Origin: Cytophagales bacterium
Lineage (GTDB): Bacteria > Bacteroidota > Bacteroidia > Cytophagales > Cyclobacteriaceae
Length of the DNA stretch: 64,000 nt
Reading direction: 5' to 3'
Assembly: GCA_038229375.1 (NCBI GenBank)
Contig: JBBRON010000027.1
Span: 92 to 64,091 of the forward strand
Shown here: one piece after another, positions 57,505 to 64,000 of the stretch
Position numbering within the stretch: the first letter of the stretch is position 1
Layout of the letters: every line of letters starts with the position of its first letter
Program-made: the position numbers and the translations under genes
Notes under the pieces: generated by a model
Databases searched by the model: none
Told to the model about the DNA's origin: nothing
What the model saw: the letters and a program-made list of their open reading frames with translations, nothing else

Positions 57505-60174
57505 ATGTTTCATATTGAATCGCCTTTTAAAACAAATCAATCAATGTTAAAAGTAATAAATGATTTGCCCGGCAATGTTTTAGGCATTGGAGCAGAGGGA
57601 GAAGTAACAGGTCCAGATTCTGAAAATGTTTTAATACCCGCAGTGGATAAAAAATTAAAATTGTATAGTTTTTTTCCGTCAAATGCTGAAGGAGTTAATG
57701 CGCTTGCACAGCTTGCTCTTGATCTTCAGTGGTCATGGAACCATGCAGCAGATGAAATTTGGAACCAGCTTGATCCGGAGCTTTGGGAACTCACGCATAA
57801 CCCATGGGTTATTTTGCAAACAGTATCCCGTGACCGGTTAGAGAAGAATTTAGCGGATCCGGTTTTCCTGGAAAAGATAAATACTTTAATAAGGGAAAAG
57901 GAATCCGAATACACAACGCCAGCATGGTTTCAGCAAAACCATCAGAATTCTTCGCTTACGTGTATTGCCTATTTCAGTATGGAATTTATGTTAAGCGAAG
58001 CCCTGCCAATTTATGTTGGCGGATTGGGGAATGTTGCAGGTGATCAGTTAAAATCTGCCAGTGATCTTGGAGTACCTGTTGTGGCTGTGGGCTTACTTTA
58101 CCAGCAGGGATATTTCCGACAGGAGATAGATAAATATGGTAACCAGCAAGCAATGTTTCCCTTCAATGATCCGGGTCAGTTACCTGTTACCCCATTGCGT
58201 TTACACAATGGGGAATGGCTTCGTTTAAAAATATCGTTGGGAGTGTACACTGTCTGGCTTCGCACCTGGCAGGTGAAGGTAGGAAGAGTGATTCTTTACT
58301 TACTCGACAGCAATGACGCAGTGAATTTACCGATGCATCGGGAAATAACCAGCCAAGTATACGGAGGTGGATCAGAAATGAGAATTAAACAGGAGATCCT
58401 TTTAGGAATAGGCGGATGGAAATTACTTGAAGCACTTGGTATTAAGCCTGAAGTATGCCATATGAATGAAGGGCATGCTGCCTTTCTTATATTAGAAAGA
58501 GCGAATAGTTTTAAGAAAGAAACAGGCGTTTCATTCGAAGTTGCATTAGCTATAACACGAGCGGGTAATTTATTTACAACACATACAGCAGTAGCTGCTG
58601 GTTTTGATCATTTTAGTCCAGCATTAATGGAAGAATTTTTTAGTGATTATGCTAAGGAAGAACTCGGTGTAGATTTAAAAAATATATTAGCGCTTGGTCG
58701 TTTAAATCCTGATAACAGTTCCGAAAGTTTCAATATGGCTTACCTCGCTATCCGTGGAAGCGGAGCAGTCAATGGTGTAAGTCGTTTACATGGTAAGGTA
58801 AGCCGGCATCTTTTTGAAAACCTTTTTCCACGCTGGCCAAAAGATGAAGTACCAGTCGGGCATGTAACGAATGGTGTGCATATGCCAACCTGGGATGCTG
58901 AAGTCGCTGACAAAATCTGGACAGAGGCTTGCGGAAAAGATCGCTGGAAAGGCGAGTTAGAAAATCTTGAGAATAAGATAAGTAAATTATCAGATGAAAC
59001 ACTTTGGCACTTGCGCAACACATGCCGCACCAACCTTGTTGATTTTACCCGTAAAAAATTGGAATTACAATTACAGGTTTCAGGACAGCCCCGGGAAATC
59101 GTTGATAAAGCAAGACATGTCTTCAATCGCAATACATTAACGCTCGGCTTCGCACGACGCTTTGTTCCGTATAAAAGACCAAACCTTTTATTGCATGACC
59201 CGGAAAGATTTATCCGCATACTCACCAATCCTGAACATCCGGTTCAATTAATAATTGCAGGCAAAGCGCCTCCGTTTGATGAATCAGGCAAGGCATTGAT
59301 TCGACAGTGGGTTGAGTTTATTCAACAACATAATTTATATAACCATGTTGTTTTTTTAAGCGATTATGATGTGTTATTAACTGAACATTTGGTTCAGGGA
59401 ACGGATGTTTGGGTCAATACGCCGAGGCGGCCATGGGAAGCATGCGGCACAAGTGGCATGAAGGTGCTGGTGAATGGCGGCATTAATCTTTCGGAACGGG
59501 ATGGCTGGTGGGCGGAAGCCTATACCCCGGAAGTAGGATGGGCTCTCGGTGATGAACAAGAACATGGAGATGATCTGAATTGGAATGCTGTAGAAGCGGA
59601 ATCGTTGTACAACATATTGGAAAACCAGGTGGTGCCTGAATTTTATACACGCAACAACAACGGAATACCGGAACGCTGGATGCAAAGAATGCGAAAAAGT
59701 ATGGCGACACTGACGCCACAGTTTTCTGCCAACCGCACCGTACGTGAATACACAGAAAATTACTATTTGCCTGCGGCAGCAAACTATTTAAAACGTGCTG
59801 CCGGCAAAGGAGCCGTAGGAAAAGAGATAATCAATGAACAACATGGATTACAAAATAAATGGAACGAAATAAAAATCGTTGATGTAAAATCAGCAAGCAT
59901 TGAGAACGGATATTCCTTTACAGCTGTTATTTTTTTGAATGGAATAGATGCCAATAAAATATTGGTAGAGTTATTTGCGGAGGCAAAAGATGACATGAAT
60001 ACGGAACATATAAAAATGAACAAACAGCCATCTAAAAGTGAGGAACAATTATTTTTTGCAGAACTTACTACACGGAGAGATGCAAGTGATTATACGGTTC
60101 GTATCATTCCGGCATGTGAAAACATTTCAGTGCCCCTTGAAAATAATCTTATTCTATGGCAACACTACTTTTAA
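57505..60174 (+). CDS. glgP: Alpha-glucan phosphorylase (GT35, GlgP-family, DUF3417-type N-terminus) with an N-terminal extension derived from a STAS/SpoIIAA-like gene
   Basis: LDLQWSWNH, GGLGNVAGDQLKSASDLGVPVVAVGLLYQQGYFRQ, NEGHAAF, EACGTSGMK (PLP-Lys region). See the finding on residues 14-57. Confidence 0.9.
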   Translation: MFHIESPFKTNQSMLKVINDLPGNVLGIGAEGEVTGPDSENVLIPAVDKKLKLYSFFPSNAEGVNALAQLALDLQWSWNHAADEIWNQLDPELWELTHNPWVILQTVSRDRLEKNLADPVFLEKINTLIREKESEYTTPAWFQQNHQNSSLTCIAYFSMEFMLSEALPIYVGGLGNVAGDQLKSASDLGVPVVAVGLLYQQGYFRQEIDKYGNQQAMFPFNDPGQLPVTPLRLHNGEWLRLKISLGVYTVWLRTWQVKVGRVILYLLDSNDAVNLPMHREITSQVYGGGSEMRIKQEILLGIGGWKLLEALGIKPEVCHMNEGHAAFLILERANSFKKETGVSFEVALAITRAGNLFTTHTAVAAGFDHFSPALMEEFFSDYAKEELGVDLKNILALGRLNPDNSSESFNMAYLAIRGSGAVNGVSRLHGKVSRHLFENLFPRWPKDEVPVGHVTNGVHMPTWDAEVADKIWTEACGKDRWKGELENLENKISKLSDETLWHLRNTCRTNLVDFTRKKLELQLQVSGQPREIVDKARHVFNRNTLTLGFARRFVPYKRPNLLLHDPERFIRILTNPEHPVQLIIAGKAPPFDESGKALIRQWVEFIQQHNLYNHVVFLSDYDVLLTEHLVQGTDVWVNTPRRPWEACGTSGMKVLVNGGINLSERDGWWAEAYTPEVGWALGDEQEHGDDLNWNAVEAESLYNILENQVVPEFYTRNNNGIPERWMQRMRKSMATLTPQFSANRTVREYTENYYLPAAANYLKRAAGKGAVGKEIINEQHGLQNKWNEIKIVDVKSASIENGYSFTAVIFLNGIDANKILVELFAEAKDDMNTEHIKMNKQPSKSEEQLFFAELTTRRDASDYTVRIIPACENISVPLENNLILWQHYF

Positions 60175-60188
60175 AATCGACAAGAAAA

Positions 60189-60809
60189 ATGATTAAAAAA
60201 AATATAACAACATTATTCATTGATATCGGCGGCGTTCTGCTTACCAATGGATGGGGACATGTATCACGACACCTGGCAGCCGAAAAATTTCACCTGGATA
60301 AACCGGAAATGGAAACCCGGCATAAGCTTACATTCGACACGTATGAATTAGGCAAGCTTACACTTGAAGAGTATTTAGACCGAACGGTATTTTATGAAGA
60401 GAGATCGTTTACTAAAAAAGAATTCAAGCAATTCATGTTTGATCAATCTCATAAACTTCCGGAAATGATAACGTTTATCATTGAATTAAAAAAGAAATAT
60501 AATTTAAAGATCGCAGTCGTGAGTAATGAAGGAAGAGAGCTGAATGACTACCGTATTGAAACATTTAACTTAGGCATCTTCGTTGATTTTTTTATCTCTT
60601 CCAGCTATGTTCATTTCCGGAAACCGGATGTCGACATATTTAAATTGGCCCTTGATATATCCCACGTTAAGCCAGAAGAAGTAATTTATATTGAAGATCA
60701 GCCAATGTTTGTAAGCGTAGCAGAAAGTTTAGGAATAACAGGCATTCATCATATCAGTTATGAAGATACCTGCAAGAAATTGGAATCATTCGGATTAATA
60801 AGTAAATAA
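60189..60809 (+). CDS. HAD-superfamily hydrolase (subfamily IA)
   Basis: Motif I LFIDIGGVLL, motif II VVSNE, motif III K in RKPD, motif IV IYIEDQ. I chose the start at MIKKNI rather than the track start, which overlaps glgP. Confidence 0.8.
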   Translation: MIKKNITTLFIDIGGVLLTNGWGHVSRHLAAEKFHLDKPEMETRHKLTFDTYELGKLTLEEYLDRTVFYEERSFTKKEFKQFMFDQSHKLPEMITFIIELKKKYNLKIAVVSNEGRELNDYRIETFNLGIFVDFFISSSYVHFRKPDVDIFKLALDISHVKPEEVIYIEDQPMFVSVAESLGITGIHHISYEDTCKKLESFGLISK

Positions 60810-61993
60810 TGAAGCCGGGCGACTCAAGTATTTTAACGATCAACGGAGGTTCATCCAGCATTAAGTTTGCGTTGTATAAAATGGAAGAAACGCTGACACA
60901 ATTATTTTGTGGGGAGATAGAAAACATCGGCTCTAAAAAAGCAACGCTCAATTTTAATAATACCATTACTCAACAAAAAAATAGTGAGAGCATAAAAGCT
61001 ACCAGTCACAATCAGGCTGCTAATCACTTGATCAACTTTCTTGAGAAGCAGGAAGGTTTTGATTCAGTCAAAGCAATAGGTCATCGCATAGTTCATGGAA
61101 TGAACCATACAGAACCCGAACTTATTACTGATGATTTATTAAATGAGTTAAAAAAGATCAGTGCCTTCGATCCCGAACATTTGCCAGAAGAAATTGAATT
61201 GATAGAAGCGTTCAGTAAGCGTTACCAGGCGTTAAAACAGATAGCTTGTTTTGATACTTCTTTTCATACTTCTATGCCGGTGGTTGCAAAGTTATTATCC
61301 ATACCACGCCGCTATTATGAAATGGGCATTCAACGTTACGGCTTTCATGGGCTCTCTTATTCCTATCTCATGAAAGAGCTTGAACGTATTGCTGGAGCAG
61401 AGGCGGCAAAGGGTAAAGTAGTTTTAGCACATCTTGGAAATGGTGCAAGCCTGACTGCGGTTAAAGATGGTAAAAGTATTGACACCAGTATGGGATTTAC
61501 GCCAACATCAGGATTACCTATGAGCACGCGTACTGGTGATCTTGATCCCGGCGTAGCGTGGTATTTAATGCAGCATGAAAAACTTACACCTAAAAAATTC
61601 AGCCATCTTATCAATCACGAATCCGGTTTACTAGGAATATCAGAAACAAATTCTGACATGCGGGAACTAATGAAAATCGAAGATACTGATGAACGTGCAA
61701 AAGAAGCTATTGCATTGTTTTGCTATCAAACAAAAAAATGGATCGGCTCATTCGCTGCTGTACTAGGAGGCTTAGATGTAGTGGTGTTTTCAGGTGGTAT
61801 TGGCGAACATTCGCCAGAGGTACGAAGTAAAATATGTAAGGGACTTGAGTTCTTAGGAATTGAATTGGATGAAATAAAAAACACGAACAATGAACCTGTT
61901 ATTTCTACTGAGATCAGTAACGTGACAGTTCGTGTTATTAAAACAAATGAGGAGTTAATGATTGCAACCTTGGTTTGCAATTTTTTAAAATAA
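60809..61993 (+). CDS. ackA: Acetate kinase
   Basis: ILTINGGSSSIKFALY, GHRIVHG, FDTSFH, GFHGLSY, AHLGNGASL, FSGGIGE. Confidence 0.95.
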   Translation: MKPGDSSILTINGGSSSIKFALYKMEETLTQLFCGEIENIGSKKATLNFNNTITQQKNSESIKATSHNQAANHLINFLEKQEGFDSVKAIGHRIVHGMNHTEPELITDDLLNELKKISAFDPEHLPEEIELIEAFSKRYQALKQIACFDTSFHTSMPVVAKLLSIPRRYYEMGIQRYGFHGLSYSYLMKELERIAGAEAAKGKVVLAHLGNGASLTAVKDGKSIDTSMGFTPTSGLPMSTRTGDLDPGVAWYLMQHEKLTPKKFSHLINHESGLLGISETNSDMRELMKIEDTDERAKEAIALFCYQTKKWIGSFAAVLGGLDVVVFSGGIGEHSPEVRSKICKGLEFLGIELDEIKNTNNEPVISTEISNVTVRVIKTNEELMIATLVCNFLK

Positions 61994-62007
61994 TTGAAAC
62001 TATAAAA

Positions 62008-64000
62008 CTATAAAACTATGGAAACAGAAATTAGAAATATGGCAGTTGAAACTTTATCGCCGGAATTACTTCAAAAGATGGATGCATACTGGCGGGCAGC
62101 TAATTATTTATCTGTAGGACAAATTTATCTCTACGACAACCCGCTTTTAAAAGAGCCGCTAAAACTGGAGCATGTAAAACCTTTAGTAGTGGGGCATTGG
62201 GGCACCACTCCGGGACAAAATTTTATTTATGTGCATCTGAATAGGGTCATTAAAAAATATGATCTTGATATGTTTTACATCGCAGGTCCGGGGCATGGCG
62301 GTCCAGCCATAGTTGGCAATGTTTATTTGGAAGGCACCTGGAGTGAAGTATATCCAGATATTACACAAGATGAAGCCGGATTAAAAAAGTTATTCAAACA
62401 ATTCTCTTTTCCTGGAGGTATTTCCAGCCATGTGGCCCCAACAACTCCTGGTTCTATTCATGAAGGTGGCGAATTAGGTTACTCATTGAGTCATGCTTTT
62501 GGCGCAGCTTTCGATAATCCCGGTTTGATTGTCGCTTGCATTGTTGGTGACGGCGAAGCGGAAACAGGACCTTTGGCTACAGCATGGCATTCAAATAAAT
62601 TTTTGAATCCAATTAGCGATGGGGCCGTGTTGCCGATCCTTCATCTGAATGGTTACAAGATAAGCAATCCAACAATCCTCGCACGAATAGAGCATGAAGA
62701 ACTGGAGCAATTCTACAGAGGTTGTGGATGGACTCCTTATTTTGTTGAAGGAGATGACCCTGCAACCATGCATCAACTTATGGCAGCAACGATGGAAAAA
62801 GCTATAGAGGAAATACATAGGATTCAGGGCAGAGCGCGAGACACTAACGATAACACAAGACCACGCTGGCCAATGATCATATTACGTTCACCTAAAGGTT
62901 GGACGGGACCAAAAGAAGTGGATGGTGTTCCCAATGAAGGAACGTTTCATTCACACCAGGTGCCTATCCTAGTTGATGCTGAACATCCCCAACACGTTGA
63001 ACAACTTGAACGGTGGATGAAAAGTTATAAAGCAGAAGAGCTGTTTGATGAAAATGGTAAGGTGATTGCAGCGTTAGCCGAACTTGTACCTGTCGGTAAC
63101 AGGAGGATGGGTGCTAACCAACATACCAACGGTGGTATATTATTACGTGACCTTGTTATGCCTGATTTTCGTAATCATGCAGTGCAAGTTACTTCTCCCG
63201 GTGCAGTGATGGGTCAGGATACGATGGTTCTTGGAAAATTTCTGCGCGATGTAGAAAAGCTAAATCATGACCATCATAACTTCCGTGTATTTGGCCCTGA
63301 TGAAACGGTTTCAAATTTACTGGGAGCAGTTTTCGAGGTAACTTCCAGGCAATGGGAAGCAAGAGAAGAAAAGAACGATGAGTTCCTTGCCCCAAACGGA
63401 CAAGTACTGGATGCCATGTTGAGTGAACACCAGTGCCAGGGTTGGCTGGAAGGTTATCTATTAACAGGGAGGCATGGACTGTTTAATAGTTATGAAGCAT
63501 TTATCCGCATCGTTGATTCGATGTTTAGTCAGCATGCCAAATGGTTGAAAGTAACATCTGAATTACCCTGGAGAAGAAAAATTGCGTCACTTAATTATTT
63601 ATTGGCATCACACGTTTGGCAACAGGATCACAATGGCTTTACACACCAGGATCCCGGTTTCCTTGATCATGTCATTAATAAGAAAGCAGATGTGGTACGA
63701 GTCTATCTGCCCCCAGATGCTAACTGCCTCTTATCTGTTTTTGATCATTGTTTACGAAGCCGACATTATGTAAATGTTGTGGTAGCAGGCAAACATCCAC
63801 TGCCGCAATGGCTTACTATGGATGAAGCTGTAATTCATTGCACCGAAGGAATTGGTATCTGGCAATGGGCAAGTAATGACCAGGGTGCTGAGCCTGATGT
63901 TGTAATGGCTTGCAGTGGTGATACGCCAACGCTAGAATTATTGGCTGCTGTTTCAATATTACGCGAACATCTTCCTGAACTAAAAATACGGGTGGTCAAT
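62008..64000 (+). CDS. xfp: Phosphoketolase (xylulose-5-P/fructose-6-P phosphoketolase), C-terminus beyond the window
   Basis: Absent from the ORF track (open at the edge). My translation from the ATG at 62008 gives [44 protein letters not shown]...[20 protein letters not shown]...GPGHGGPA...[20 protein letters not shown]...[15 protein letters not shown]. Confidence 0.95.

Overview
This is a Bacteroidota chromosomal segment, judged from a SusC/SusD pair, a hybrid two-component AraC regulator, a T9SS C-terminal sorting domain and many Cys-lipobox signal peptides. From left to right: (i) 1-6660, minus strand: a complex I operon, nuoA-B-C-D-E-F-G-H, with nuoH cut by the window edge. (ii) 7.0-29.4 kb: a polysaccharide utilisation locus. 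It holds an HTCS regulator, a cytoplasmic GH130, an MFS permease, SusC/SusD, two paralogous LamG lipoproteins, two paralogues of an uncharacterised enzyme-like family (one lipoprotein, one T9SS-secreted multidomain), a giant FG-GAP/ASPIC lipoprotein and a PMI-type cupin. (iii) 29.4-43.6 kb: miscellaneous core genes (DUF457 hydrolase, PLD/cardiolipin synthase, cold-shock protein, GH43, GreA-like, DoxX, CBM9/DUF5916, truA, GSP26). Three gene remnants are interspersed (fabF fragment, truncated ydeI-like gene, N-terminal stub of a beta-propeller lipoprotein). (iv) 44.0-48.6 kb: a tyrosine-integrase module with Xis-type and XRE-type HTH genes, unknown cargo and a repeated CGTAAAATAC motif. (v) 49.3-64.0 kb: a co-directional accessory energy island. 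It holds DUF2934, PPK2, a complete N-type ATPase operon in the order atpD-C-Q-R-B-E-F-A-G, an alpha-glucan phosphorylase carrying a fused STAS-gene remnant, a HAD hydrolase, acetate kinase and phosphoketolase (cut by the window end). I saw no rRNA, tRNA or CRISPR array. The most interesting candidates are the reserve-polymer/phosphoketolase/N-ATPase island next to the integrase, and the duplicated uncharacterised enzyme family in the GH130 PUL. All family assignments come from motif recognition by eye; no searches were run.
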